Positions 1-12,997 are shown, counted from the first letter of the whole stretch. The stretch: DNA of 63,737 bases, filler included, from Cercozoa sp. M6MM (GCA_040357565.1; 7 parts of 7 records of this genome joined end to end with filler, not necessarily neighbours in it), one strand, 5' to 3'. The notes: generated from the sequence alone by a model not told the origin. Program-made: numbers and translations.

Positions 1-22
1 CTACCCCCTCTTTACCCCGTGC

Positions 23-716
23 AGTCTGGGCGATCGCCTCCGTGTCGACCATGGTGTTGGTCACGGCGAAGGACGAGTATGCCATCTTTACCCCCTTCCC
101 CTTACCTCCCTTCCCCTTACCCCCCCTTTCCCCCCCTTTACCCCCCCCCCCCCCCAGTGACGGTCAGCGAGTGATCGGTTATCGCGAGTCGTTGCAGCTG
201 TGTTGGATTCGCTCTACTGGCAGGTATACACCCTCTTTACCCCCCCCCCTTACCCCCTCTTTACCCCCCTCCCAGTGGCACACCGAACACACTGTCGTGG
301 CTGATGATGTTCGTGCCGACCATCTTGTTTTTCGGAACCTCGTTGTACGCGCTTATCACGGCCGAGTCGTCGTTGCGGTTTTACCCCCCTACCCCTTTAC
401 GCCCACTTTACCCTTTACTCCCCTTTACCCTTTACCCCCCTTACCCCCTACCCCTACTCCTACCCCTACCCCCTACCCCCTACCCCAGGGACGGACTGCC
501 GGAGACGCTGCAGTTGCGACTGCGCATCGTGAAAGAGTCGCGCGTGTACAACGCCCTGTGGTTCGTGTACTGGCTGGTGACGGCGACGCTGTACCTGCTG
601 GTCTTTGTGGAGGGCGACGACGAGGTCAGGGACAACGCCTTGTTGCAGGCCTTTGCCGTCGTCTTTGGGCTCTGTGGTGTCGTCGATTGTGGTGCGTTTT
701 GCCATATGTATAAACC

Positions 717-751
<35 letters not shown>

Positions 752-3542
752 CTACGTATGTATATATACTTACATATATATACTTACATATATATACTTA
801 CATATATATACTTATATATATATACTTACATATATTTACTTATATATATATATATATACTTACATATATATACTTACATATATACACTTACATATATATA
901 CTTACATTTATATACTTACATTTATATATATTTATTTAAATATTTACATATATTCACGTATATATATATAAACCTACGTATATATATATATACTTACATA
1001 TACCCCACACAACACACACGTACATACACGCACATACACATTTAGGCGGGGGCGGGGGGGCGCCGCAGTGGCGTGGACGTGGACGAAGCGGCCGCTGTCG
1101 AGCGAGTCGGACGGCAAGGACGGCGACGAGCCCGAGCAGTTCGACATCAATCGCGTGCTGCGCAAGGAGCTCATCATGGAGACCACTAGGGGCATCGTAC
1201 CTTCCCCTTTACCCCCCCTATGTATATATGGATATATGAGATATGCATATACACACACATACATACACGTACATACAATACAAACACACTTTACCCCCCC
1301 CCCCCCCAGATTCGCGGAATCGAGTCGCTAGCGCGTCGTTCTGAAGCGGAGCATTTGTACCCCTGCTCACCCTTAGTATTATTTAAGGGGGCCTGTCTGT
1401 GTGTTGATTAAGACTGCGTTTTGGACAGACCGGAGACACTGCGTGAAATGAACGATCGCAAGTACCTGTTTTCGGAGGTGTGCCAGTCCGGTGCGTTTCT
1501 CTAGGTTATAGGGAGGGTAGGGTGGGAGGGTAAGAGGGGGGGTAAGAATGCAACGTGCTGCGTAGAGGCGTCGTCGGGCAACTTCCGGAGTTATGCCCCC
1601 GTGGCCTTCTCCTTCATGCGACGTGCCGTGGGAGTGTCGGACGCGGACTTCCTCGTGTCGATCCGAGGTGCCGACTCGGGCATCAACGAGATGCAGGAGA
1701 AGTTCACGGAGGGACGCAGTGGCAGCTTCATGTACTTCACGCTCGACAAGCGGTACATTGTCAAGACTGTCACCAAGCAGGTAGACTCTTTATGCATACA
1801 TATATATAGATATACATTTATATGTATAGATATATAGATATATACACAGATATAACATATATGTCTATATATATATATATATATATTTACCCCCCCCCCC
1901 CCCGCAGGAGCTGCAACTGCTGCTGCAGCTGCTGCCGGCGCTGGTGGCGCATCGTGCCGCCAATGCCGACAGTCTCGTGTACTCCCTTATGTATTTAAAA
2001 GAGAGTGTTCAGGGGTGGCTATACGATTAAGGGTACGGTAGGGCACCCTTCCTGTCGGCTCATTCGATCTCAATGTACCGTACGACGGTACGTTTCGTCG
2101 TCATGAGCTCGGTGTTCTTCTCGCAGGCCTTGCGACAAGCCGTGCCGATGGACGAGACCTACGACCTCAAGGGCAGCTGGGTCGACCGGCATGCCGACCC
2201 GCGTCTGCTTCTCGGCAAGAGGGACATCCCGCCACACCTGCTGCCGCGCAAGGTTTTTCCCCCCCCCCCCCCCCCCCACACAATATAATGTATATATATA
2301 ATATTGTTTGCTGTTTGTTTTACTGTTTATTTTACCGTTTACTGTACTGTTTTTGTATCTTCCAGTTTATACACCACCAATTTACCCCCCCCCCCCTGAG
2401 TTGCGCACACGCAAGGGCACGACGATGAAGGACAACGATCTGCACGTGCCGATGCGACTGGACTGCGAGATGCGCGATAAACTGCTGCGACAGATCCACG
2501 CGGACGCGGAGTTTTTGCGAGACCTCGGCGTCATGGACTACTCGCTACTTCTGGGCGTGTGCTACCGCCGCGAACGACTCGTGCACGATGCAGAACGACT
2601 CCTGCTTCGACGACAGTTCAGTCGGCGACAACGACGCGCCAAAGCACTCCTCGGGGTTATCGACGATCTCGAGGGTACGCACACACTTCCGAGCTCAAGC
2701 TTGCTGGCTTTGTAGTTTTTTGAGGCTTTGAGTTTGTCAGCTCTCTGTTTTCAAGTTTTCAACTTTCCTTTTAGCGATTTTGGCTGAAAGCTATCGGCTG
2801 GAAGAGTCGGTTGAAGCTTGAGCTGGAATGGGAGCGTTTATCTCGATACTGTCACGTTCGAGCTTGCAGTTTTTTCCCTGCTTTCACTGGTTCTGTATGT
2901 GTGGTTTTTGGTCGCTTCCTTTACGATGACACAGTTCAGATCTGGCATTCACTGTGATTTCATTATTCTGCGCGCTCATGCACAGAGTCAGAGGGACCGC
3001 ACGAAGTGTCGACCTTCCAGTTGCACGAGGGTGGCGTGCAAGCAGCTGTGTTGAGTGGACCTGGTGTCTACTACGTCGGCATCATTGACATTTTGCAGAC
3101 CTGGACGTTCAAGAAGAAGTTTGAGCGATTCTTCAAAACTGTGATCCTACGCAAGAGTCGTGATGGTACTTTTTTTGTATTTTGTGCGTTTCTCTGTCGT
3201 CTCTTAAATAACTTTATTTTTTGTTTGGGGCATTTAGGCGTGAGCTGCGTGCCTCCGGAGCCTTACTGTGCCAGGTTTTTGGAGAAGGTTGAGAAGATCG
3301 CGCTGAGCGAGCACTGGGAGGAAAACGACACGCCTGGTGAGGTGCAGCATCTCGAGATTCCCGTTGCTGCCAATGACGACAACGAGAACTCTGCCGTCGG
3401 AAGCAACGCGCTGGCTGGTGCCTCGTCGCCGCAATCGCATGTCTGCATCGAGTTCGAGGACACCTCGTCGTCCGAGCACTCGCAGCACCGCGACGACTCC
3501 GGCTCTGATGCCGACGCTGACCAAGACCAGATACAGTCCTAG
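23..3542 (+). CDS. GPCR-PIPK fusion (7TM receptor fragment + phosphatidylinositol phosphate kinase), 5'-truncated, multi-exon
   Basis: Spliced exons give TM segments ([64 protein letters not shown]), linker [13 protein letters not shown] (1158-1196), then PIPK motifs [77 protein letters not shown]; the GT-AG junctions I checked keep frame. Confidence 0.88.
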
Positions 3543-3988
3543 GCTCACTATCCGTCTGTTTGATTAGCCGAGCTTGATATAGTACTGTACAACTGTACTG
3601 CGATCATGCTTTAAGGCCAACTGTTCAGTTCCGGTCGGGTTCTTCTTCTGTTCTTAATATCCGTTCGTCAGGTGCAGGATTCGTTCGACAGTGATTTCGA
3701 CGTCGAAGGCGGCGACATGTACGACTCTGACGATTTCTTGGTCAACGACGGCGATGGCGACTGATCTTCGGTCGCAACGTTCACTCTAGTAGTTTAAACC
3801 TAATTTAGTACTTTTTTCTCTATTAAGCTGATTTAGATCGGCGATTCAAATCATTAAGCAATTTATTAAAGAAATTTTGGAACTTTCCTAGAACGTATAT
3901 ACTTCTTTTACTTGTACTGCAAAGCAAAGTGACAGTACAGTCAAAGTGCTAGCTAACTAGCTCTACCTGGGTTTCCACGCTGAGGAAC

Positions 3989-5572
3989 ATGTTGTTTGTG
4001 AACGAGAGTTTTGGTGCAACTTTTGGCGCCAGTGTTCTTGAAACCGCCGATGACTCGGGTGCTGTGTCCGACGTCGGAGGCGCTGCCGTTGCCGTTGTTG
4101 GCGGCATGATCGTTGCCGGACTGGGCGGCGCTGCTGTTTGGTGCTTGACTCGAGGACGAAACGTTCAGACAGCGTCTGTCGAATCCGAAAGTGAACCGAT
4201 CGAACTGGAGCTCGAGAAGGAAGCCGTTGCTTCGAAATTCGAAAGCAAAGTGACAGAATATGACGAAGTTGTCGAGTCTGAGAACGAGAACGGACCTGTA
4301 GAAGTCGAGAACAAACTCACTGAAATCGACGAAATCGACGGCGTTCTCGATCGCGTGCTCATGAACAGCAACAAAAACAACAATGAAAACAACAACAACG
4401 ACGCAATCAACAAGGAGGTGCAACAACAGCAGGAGCAGGATGACGCAGACTCGGAAGAGAACGACAACAACCAGAACGACCTTGTCGAAATCGACGACGG
4501 CCTTGACGAAATCGATGACGATCTAGCCGAGTCCGAGACCGAGGAGAACGACCTTGCCGAGTCTGAGATTAAAAAGAACGATCTTGTCGAGTCCGAGACC
4601 TTGGAGAACGAACCTGTCGAGTCCGAGAACGTTGTAGAGTACAAGAACGATTTTGTCGAGTCCGAGACCGAGGAGAGCGACCTTGTCAAAGTCGAGAGTG
4701 AGGAGAACGACCTTGTCAAAGTCCAGAATGAGGAGAACGACCTTGCCGGGTCCGAAACCAAGGAGAACGAACTTGTCGAAGTTCAGAATGAGAACGAACT
4801 GGTCGCAGTTCAGAATGAGAACGAACTGGTCGAAACTGAGACCGAACTTACTGAGACCGAGAGCGAAGTTGTCGAAGGCGAGGACGAGATCCAAGTCAAG
4901 AAGGAGAACGAAATTGCCGACATCAAAGTCGTCCAAGTCAAGAAGGATTTGCTGGAATCCGAAGCGCTCAAAACCAGGAACGAAGCAGTTCGAGAAGGTG
5001 CTCGACGCCGTGCCAAGCGTGTCGGTGCTGCCAAGCGTGCCAGCGCTGCCAAGCGTGTTCTCTCTGCACTCACGAGCAGCCTCGACCTGAACAAACATGG
5101 GCTGTCAGTGTACACCGTGGCGGGTCACAACGGGCACGTGCGCACGGACCTGCCTGGCGAAACGCTGTCGGTCATTGTGTTCCCAACCACTGTCGGTGGT
5201 CGCGGACTTAAAGTGGCACGGCGTGTTCGACGCGACTTGAGTCGTTGCGACCAGTTTTCGCGGGTTCGGAACTTCTTCAAGCGAGGCCGACTCGTCGTGT
5301 CCTGTCGTTTCGAGTGTCAACTCAAGCTGCAGCTCGTTTTCGTCTCGTGCGAAATGGCACGCCGCACCAAGCACAAGCACGCCATCACCGGGCACGTGCT
5401 TGACAAGCTCGACAAGATGTGCTACGGCCGCTTCGGCAGCTCGGCTCGTGCCTATCTGCGCCAGGTAAAGTCGCAGCCGACCGTGAACGGACATCTCGCC
5501 AACAAGGTTCGCCTGCTCACTCGCTTTGGCAGACAGCTCCTTAAGATCGAGTCGAAAACGATGCTGCTTTGA
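3989..5572 (+). CDS. Intronless hypothetical protein, 527 aa: N-terminal TM, acidic repeat region, basic C-terminal domain
   Basis: Uninterrupted ATG ORF; hydrophobic AAVAVVGGMIVAGLGGAAVWCL; ~10-aa repeats (ENDLVESETE-like); Arg/Lys-rich C-terminus; AT-rich upstream region. Confidence 0.75.
   Translation: MLFVNESFGATFGASVLETADDSGAVSDVGGAAVAVVGGMIVAGLGGAAVWCLTRGRNVQTASVESESEPIELELEKEAVASKFESKVTEYDEVVESENENGPVEVENKLTEIDEIDGVLDRVLMNSNKNNNENNNNDAINKEVQQQQEQDDADSEENDNNQNDLVEIDDGLDEIDDDLAESETEENDLAESEIKKNDLVESETLENEPVESENVVEYKNDFVESETEESDLVKVESEENDLVKVQNEENDLAGSETKENELVEVQNENELVAVQNENELVETETELTETESEVVEGEDEIQVKKENEIADIKVVQVKKDLLESEALKTRNEAVREGARRRAKRVGAAKRASAAKRVLSALTSSLDLNKHGLSVYTVAGHNGHVRTDLPGETLSVIVFPTTVGGRGLKVARRVRRDLSRCDQFSRVRNFFKRGRLVVSCRFECQLKLQLVFVSCEMARRTKHKHAITGHVLDKLDKMCYGRFGSSARAYLRQVKSQPTVNGHLANKVRLLTRFGRQLLKIESKTMLL
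4470..4870 (+). repeat. Degenerate ~30-bp coding tandem repeat (GAGAACGACCTTGTCGAGTCCGAGACCGAG-like)
   Basis: Repeated GAGAACGA(C/T/A)CTTG(T/C)CGA units within the 3989-5572 ORF. Confidence 0.8.
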
Positions 5573-5713
5573 TGACGAATGCGAACCGAAGCGCGTAACG
5601 CCGTCGACCCGGCCGTGGCGCGGACGGATGCAAGGACGGCATATTCCGCATTCAGCGTAGCGTAGTACTCCACAGACGAGATAGCGTATGTTTAAATGAA
5701 CACGCGCAGGGCG

Positions 5714-7531
5714 TTAATTCTGAAGGATGCGCTCCAAAATGCGCTGTGGCATGTCTCGCATGCCGTCCGAAAAGAAGAAACTCCGCACGACCGAGACCAT
5801 GTCTGCATCCAGTTGCAGCAGTTCCACATCACTTGCAGCGGCATGCACTTCGAATAGCGTGTGTTGCTGCTTCTGCAGGGCACGCAGCAGAGCCGCTCGA
5901 GCTTGACGTTTCTCCAGGTCACCATCGTCAGCGTTTGACCTGTCTGAGCGGAGGATTTGCAGGGCGCTCTCCAACTCATCGCATAGTTGCGGCGATTCAG
6001 CGCACAAATCACGCTGCAGCAACAATAGAGTCCACGCAACGACTACACCAGACACGAGTGAGTTTGGGTCTTCACTCAGCGTTTTGCTTCGCAAAGCAGC
6101 AGCGGCCCAGCGAGCGATATTGTCTCCCTGCAGCATCGGAAGCAAGCCGCACCGACTGTTCCACTGGGCGGAACACTGCCTTGAGTCCGAGTTGAAAGCA
6201 ACAGTGAGCATCAAGAATTTCTCGCATTCTGCGCGTGCACTGGGATCACTCGCCTGGGGGTGTAAAAACAAAATAATCAAACAAAACTGTTAAAGTGATT
6301 TGGGTTTTGTTTTACCTTGTGGAACACGTCGTACAAAAAAGCAGCGGCAAATTGTAAGAACTGGCGATACGCTTCGTCGGAGGTGTGCGAGTAGGCGTAC
6401 AGCACACGCAACACGGTGAGCATGTCGAGTCGCACCGGCGGCAAGTCGGAAGCGTACTTGTCGCTTTCGACAAACGAGTCGCATATGTCGACAGTGTCAC
6501 TCAAACTCAGCACGATGCTGAAGCAAAACAGAGATAACCAATGATAATATTTTAACAGGAGTCAACTGACCTGCTGAGCAGAAAGGCAGAGTCCATGTGC
6601 AGCAGCTGTAGCAGTCGTCGCAACAACTCGCTTGTTTCGGACTCCGAAAGATCGCTCTGCCAGCAGTGAAGTGACGACACGACGGTTCGAATCAATTCGG
6701 CGCGCACGCTCGGTTCCCATCGCAGCACGTCCTTGTGTGCGAGAAAACTACCGAAACTCTCCGGTCCTAAAAAGCGACAGGCGCGCAAGTGTGCTCGGAC
6801 GCACGGCGGCACCGTCGACGACTCAGACGGCACTGGCCATGTGAACTGTCTTGCCTGGGAGGGACAATAAGATAAAGGGAAGACTAAGGTAAACTAAGTA
6901 CATGAGGTACCAAGCGCACAACGCAAGTCATCGGGTCAAAGTCTGTCTGGCCAGAGTGTCCGCGCGGACGGTGCATTGCGAAAAACGCAGAGTCCAGCAG
7001 CTGCCGAAAAATGCAAAGCTGCACTCGGTGCAGCGTTGAGTGTTCCTCGAACGACTTCAACGCCGAGTTTGGCACATTCACAAGGTTTAGCCACAGCGCG
7101 CGGAAGAAGCCCATTTGCGCTTGCTGTATGGCGAAATGATGAAGGAGGTAAAGGAGGGTAAGGAGTAAGGACAAAAGCCCACCTGAGAAGCCTCAAAGCA
7201 AGTCGACACAAACAAACGGACGACACGCCAGGCATCGTCCGCTGGAAAGTGCAGAAGCCGCAGTCTTCCAGGCGGCACAGCAGTGGCACGCACAGTTTGC
7301 CAGTCGCTGTACGCCAAGATACACACTGTACTGAGGGAAGTACAAGTGACTTCGTGTACCGCGCGGTGTGTTTGAGACATAAGGACAGTCGAATCAACAG
7401 GCGAGTGTCTGCGTCCATACTGTGCCAGACCTCGCACGAACCTAGCGAGGTTCAGGTTATCAAGCGAACAAGAAAAAGCACTGATGGATTGAGTACCTTC
7501 ATCCAGGCCGGCTTCGAGATCATCGACATCA
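5714..7531 (-). CDS. Hypothetical multi-exon protein (helical), 5'-truncated at contig end
   Basis: Successive minus-strand ORF segments (7437-7184, ~7120-6910, ~6855-6570, ~6515-6315, ~6255-5714) separated by GT-AG introns; no recognised family. Confidence 0.55.
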
Positions 7532-7631
7532 NNNNNNNNNNNNNNNNNNNNNNNNNNNNNNNNNNNNNNNNNNNNTTAATTAATTAANNNNNNNNNNNNN
7601 NNNNNNNNNNNNNNNNNNNNNNNNNNNNNNN
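7532..7631. other. Artificial contig spacer N44-TTAATTAATTAA-N44
   Basis: Six-frame stop linker between N runs; identical spacers at 9291-9390, 36232-36331, 39573-39672, 52788-52887, 58886-58985. Confidence 0.97.
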
Positions 7632-7731
7632 TAAACAGGGGGTGAACAGGGGGGTAAACAGGGGGGTAAACAGGGGGGTAAACAGGGGGGTAAACAGGGG
7701 GGTAAACAGGGGGGTAAACAGGGGGGGTAAA

Positions 7732-9280
7732 GCCGTGTGTGCGCCCAGGGGAGCGACGGCGTGGTACTGGTGCACCCACTGACGCAGCGACATGACCTGG
7801 CGTTTCTCGCACTGACCACCGGGTCAGCCGGGTCAGGCAGGTCAGCCGGGTCAGGCAGGTCAGCCGGGTCAGGTCACCCGAGTGCAGTGGCCACGTGGGT
7901 CGGCCACGTGGCCTCGCCGAGACTGCCGACTTTGGTACTGGTGCGACCGACCGACTACGACGTCGGTACATTGTGTTCCCATCTGGGCGGTCTATGCGGA
8001 CAGTCCGAATGGACAGGTCTATCTGGACAGTTCATATGGACCACTGGCTACAAATGTACTGGCTACAGAGAGCGTCCGCGCGGTCGACGTGCTGTCGGAG
8101 TGGGCGCCGCTCGTGCTGCAGCACGCCGACCTCAGCGAGTCCGCCGAGATCACTCTACCTCCACGAGTGGTCACGTGTCCGATCATGCCGATCACACCGT
8201 CAGTGACCACTCCGATCACACCGCCAGTGACACCGTCTGTGACACCGTCTGTGACACCGTCTGCAACTGACTACTTGTCGACCCTCATGGACCCCGCTCT
8301 CATCGGGACCGATATGGTCACCTGGGCGGCCTGGGTATTGCCCCTCCCCCTTTACCCCCCTGTTTACCCCCCTGTTTACCCCCTCCCTGTTAGCCCTATT
8401 TACTCCCCTATTTATTCCCCTGTTTAACCCCCTGTTTATCCCTATTAACCCCCCTATCCCCCCCCCCTGTCTCCCCCTGTTTACCCCTGTCTTATTCCCC
8501 CAGTCTTACCCCTGTATATTATCCCGACAGCCCCTCCTGGATGACGAGATCCAGCAGGCGATGAACACGCCATGTGTCGACTCGTGCGAGCTTCCGCGCG
8601 GACAGCACGCGAAACAAGAAACGGCAGCGCTGCGACTCTTTGTGTCGAAAGTTGAGATGCGGCACGCCGAGCACTTCTTCTCGGTCGGATGTAGTTTTAC
8701 CCCCCTGTTTACCCCCCCCTTCCCCCTCCCTTTACCCCTCCCTTTACCCCCTTCCTTTACCCCCTTTACCTCCCCCCAGACCCGTGGTCACTAACGACGG
8801 TGCAGGAGGCACGCGTGCGGTGTCTGTATCATACCGAACGACAGGAGTATACTCTCTAAACACCACGGCCTTAACCACTCCCTTAACCACTCCCTTAACG
8901 CCCCCTTAACGCCCCCTTAACCTCTCCCTTAACGCCCACTTAACGCCCCCTTAACCCCCACAGGTACCGACACGCGGTGGTGCTGCCGGTGCCGGAGCAA
9001 GCGACGCCGCGAGTCGAGGCGACACTGTCGTGGCGTCAGTTGCACCAGGTGGCACACGTGCAGACACGTGTCACTCTCACTGTGGATCAGTGCGATCAGT
9101 GGCCGCCACTTGACGGGTACACCAGTCACTCAGTGAGCACGTGCTCACTCTCAGTCAGCACGTGTGTCGGTGTAGCCACCTCGTGGTCCAGTTGAGTCGC
9201 ACGCGACAGACACGTGCGGTGCGACTGCTGCACGCGCAGCTGCCGCCGCCCTACGATCTCGCTCGCGTCCTCCAACGGTA
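7732..9280 (+). CDS. Internal fragment of an unknown multi-exon gene
   Basis: Exons such as [74 protein letters not shown] join through GT-AG introns; both ends truncated. Confidence 0.5.
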
Positions 9281-9406
9281 GGGGGGTAAANNNNNNNNNN
9301 NNNNNNNNNNNNNNNNNNNNNNNNNNNNNNNNNNTTAATTAATTAANNNNNNNNNNNNNNNNNNNNNNNNNNNNNNNNNNNNNNNNNNNNGTGTGTGTGT
9401 GTGTGT

Positions 9407-9496
<90 letters not shown>

Positions 9497-9499
9497 ACA

Positions 9500-12400
9500 G
9501 GCAGTGAAACAGGCGACCTTCTTGAGCACTGCTAACGCACCTCGGTCCTGTGTAGGGTCTTCAGTTTGTTGTTTGTTTTTGTTTTTGTTTTATTTTTTGC
9601 TGTTGTTTTTTGTTGTTGTTGTTTTGTTGTTCTTGTTGTTGTTGTTTTTTCTTGCTGTCATTCGTTGTTGTTGTTGTTTTTTGTTAAGGATGTGGTGTAG
9701 CTCGTGGCGGACAAGGTGCTGTGGCTCGAAGTCGGTCTTCTGCGTGGCTACGCGCTGCTGCACTCGGAGGTACTGCTTGAGTGCATTTCCCTTGCCGTCT
9801 TTACCCCCCCCCCCCCCTGTCTGCAGGACGCGACGGGCGCGCTGACGGCCTGTCGTGGCGTGGCCACTGCGTTGGCACGTGGTCTCTCCGATCGTGAGTC
9901 CGATGATCAGCCCGATCATGAGTCTGATCATGAGTCAGACGGTCAGTTGTGTGGTGAGTCGGATGATGATGAGTCGAGTGACCACGTGGGTGACCACGTG
10001 GGCCAGTCGGACGACGGCCTGCGCGTGGTGACGTCGCTGGTGTCGCCGCTGCGCCGCCGCCTGTCGCTGCTGCTGCTGCGTCTGCGCGCCGCCACGACGC
10101 TCCGATCGCTGCTGAGCGCGCGTTATGGTAGTTTTACCCCCCCCCCCCCACCCCCCTTTTACTCCCTCCCTTTTACCTCTCTCCCTCCCCTTTTACCCCT
10201 CCCCTTTTACCCCTCCTCTTTTACCCTCTACCCTCTCCCTCCAGAGGAGGCGGCACGGCAGGCGTACCCGGTGCTGCGACGAGTGCTGCGAACAGACGCG
10301 TTCGTGCTGCGCGATGCGCGACCGGCCGACGTGCAGACGCAGGAGCGCGACTCGCTGAGTCATGTCATGGTCGTGCTCGAGGACGCCGCGCTGCCGTCTG
10401 CTGGTGCTTACCCCCACTCTTACCCCCCACCTTACCCCCCCCCCCTCCCCCCATCTTACCCCTCCTCCCAGATGACACCGAGGACTCCAAGGTGTACCGC
10501 GAGAGTGACAAGGAAGTCCTGGCCAAACATGCTGTTGCTGACACTGACTTGTTGAGGTAGTACTGTACACTATGTATGGTATGTATGTATAGTATGGTGT
10601 ATGTATAGTATGGTGTATGTATAGTATGGTATATCTGTATAGTATGGTGTATGTATAGTATGGTATGGATAGTATGGTATGTATAGTATGGTATGTATGT
10701 ATGTATAGTATGTATGTAAGTATGTATGTTGTATGGTGTATGTGAATGCACCGGAACAGAGTACTGGAAGACGTGTCGAAACACAAGGCAGTGCAGTTGC
10801 TGCGACACTCATCCGCGCGGAGTCTCTGGTAGTCTTCACACGTGTCCACTGACTGACTGACTGACTGACTGACTGACGTGCATATGCATGTGCATATGCA
10901 TGTGCATGTGTGTGTGTCTCAGTGTGACATGTGCCAAGGCACTGGTGCAGCTTCGACGCGACACTCTGGCGCGACTCGTGATCTACCGCACACGTGCCTT
11001 GTGTACCACCGAGAACGGTACTTCCGCAACCTTCCCCCCAGTGAGCACGTGCATGATGGATAACTTGGCACGTGGTGCGACGGTGTAGTCACTCAGCAGC
11101 CGCCGCACCGTCAGCAACTGGCGGAACTCGCGTTTGTTGGCGTCGGTGTCGAATGCGCCGCCGGTCGGCACTCTGCTGCGTGTGGACTTTTTACCCCCCG
11201 GCTTCCCCCCCCCCCCCCCCTGTGGATGCTCCTCATGTGCTCAGGTACGACTTGTTGCGAGACGCGATAGACGCGGCGCCGCACTCGTCGGCGGTGCTGA
11301 CGGAGTTCCTGCAGGTGCTGCACGCCATGCGGTTCCACAGCAAGCTGACGCGGCACGTGCGACGTGCGCTGGACAAGGCGCCCGAGTCGCTGCCGCTGCG
11401 TCTGCTGCTGGCGCACACGCACGGTGTCAAGAAGACCTTCCACCTGGCGCTGCTGGACTACCTGGACGTGCGGCAGCGCCTGCGTCGTCGACGTGCGGCA
11501 CTGGCACGCCACGTGGCACGCATGCAATCACTGGTACCCTCTGACACTGACACCGTCACTGACACCGTCACTGACACCGTCACTCACTGACACCGTCACT
11601 CACTGACACACGTGTCCACCTGTGTGTGTGTGCAGAAGCAGCAGACGGAAACGACGGCGCCGGGTAGTGGCGACGACGGTGACGAGGCCACCATTGATCT
11701 CCTCGTGGCCGTGTGCTTCCTGCAGCAGGTTTCCCCCCCCCCCCCCTCCTGTTTACCCCCCTGTTTACCCCCCTGTTTACCCCCTCCTACCCAGGCAATG
11801 AAGCGATCGGTGGCAGGTCGGCATGCGCACCTGCGTCAGGTGGGTCGGAGTTTTACCCCCCCCCCCCACCTATCGATTGAGTTGGTTGTGCCTACAGGCA
11901 CTGGCCTTCCTGATGCGCTACTGCCAGGCGCACGTCTACTTGCCCGTACTAGTGTTGTTGTTGTTGTTGTTGTTGTTTTTTGTTGTTGTTGTTTTTTTGT
12001 TTTGTTTTGTTTATTTTTGGTTTGTTGTTGTTTTTTTGTTTTTTGTTTTGTTTTTTGTTTTTTTGTTTTTGTTTTGTTGTTTAATTGTTTTGTTTTGTTG
12101 TTGTTTTTTGTTTTGTCTTGTTGTTTAATTGTTTTGTTTTGTTGTTTTTTTGTTGTTTTTTTGTTTTGCTTTGTTGTTTTTGTTTTTCTTGTTGTGTTGT
12201 TGTGTTGTTTTTTTAGTGTTGTTGTTGTTGTTGTGAGTCGAGGGGTCTGTTGTAGTCATTCGAGAGACGCACGCAGTCGCACGGAGGGGCACGTGCGCCG
12301 CCTGCCATGGTGCGCTTACCTCCTTGCTCTCCCCCCCCCCTTGCTGCCTCCCCCCCCCCCTCGGCCAGGCCTTCTGCGCCAACGTCGACGCCGAAGCCAG

Positions 12401-12997
12401 TTTCAACGCGGCGCGTTTCTTTCACTTCCTCGGTTTGCGGTATGGTCCCCTCAAACTCGGCACGTGTACGGTCCAGATGGACAGGTGTGTAGCCACTTGG
12501 CGGTGCCGCTGTACGAACGCGTGTTGTCGCTGGCGCCGCAGTCGCTGCCGCCCGACGTGCGACTCAGGTCTGCCGCTGGCACTGACGGTGCTGACAGTGA
12601 TCACACTGACGGTGAGGATCAGTTGCAGACGGTGCCGCGATCATTCCTCGTGGCAGGAACCGAGCGAGCGCACAGTCCATGTACTCTGTCCTGTGCTACT
12701 CTCTGTCTGCATAATACCAGTCTACTATGCTGTCTAATACTGTGCTGTCTAATACTGTGCTGTCTAATACTATGCAGTCTAATACTTACCCCTTGCATAC
12801 AGTGCTGCTGCCGCACTGCGTGGACCTGTCGCGCGAGGCTGCGCACAATCTCGCCATTATCTACGCCGAGTCGGTACATTTCTGACTGCGTTCTGCTTCT
12901 TGTGTTCTCTTCTAGTCTCTCGATCTGCCACTGACTCGACTTGCAGGGCTCCCCGGAACTCTCGCGTCGACTCATGTCGCAGTACCTCGTGATATAG
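9500..12997 (+). CDS. GTF3C3: Transcription factor IIIC TPR subunit (TFIIIC102/Tfc4), 5'-truncated
   Basis: C-terminal signatures AMKRSVAGRHAHLRQALAFLMRY, EASFNAARFFHFLG, HLAVPLYERVL, DLSREAAHNLAIIYAES-GSPELSRRLMSQYLVI* match the Tfc4 C-terminus. Confidence 0.85.
11950..12235 (+). repeat. (TTG/TTTTG)n low-complexity intron
   Basis: Direct observation; similar tracts at 9565-9685 and (CAA)n at 13770-14010. Confidence 0.9.

Noticed and set aside
605-1045. Long ORFs such as YIYIYLH, CVCVCV, THTHTH, LFTPLFTP, VYPPVYPP
   Set aside because: Translations of intronic microsatellites and the TTTACCCC satellite, not proteins.
4165-5098. Long antisense ORFs over the 3989-5572 gene
   Set aside because: Expected shadow ORFs from repetitive, biased codon usage.
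7576-7587. Palindromic TTAATTAATTAA recurring six times
   Set aside because: Always centred in N44...N44: an artificial six-frame-stop contig linker, not a biological repeat or insertion site.
7632-7730. GGGGGGTAAACA array at a contig start as a telomere or CRISPR-like array
   Set aside because: No unique spacers, not a known telomere unit, and the same unit fills internal introns; contigs simply break in it.
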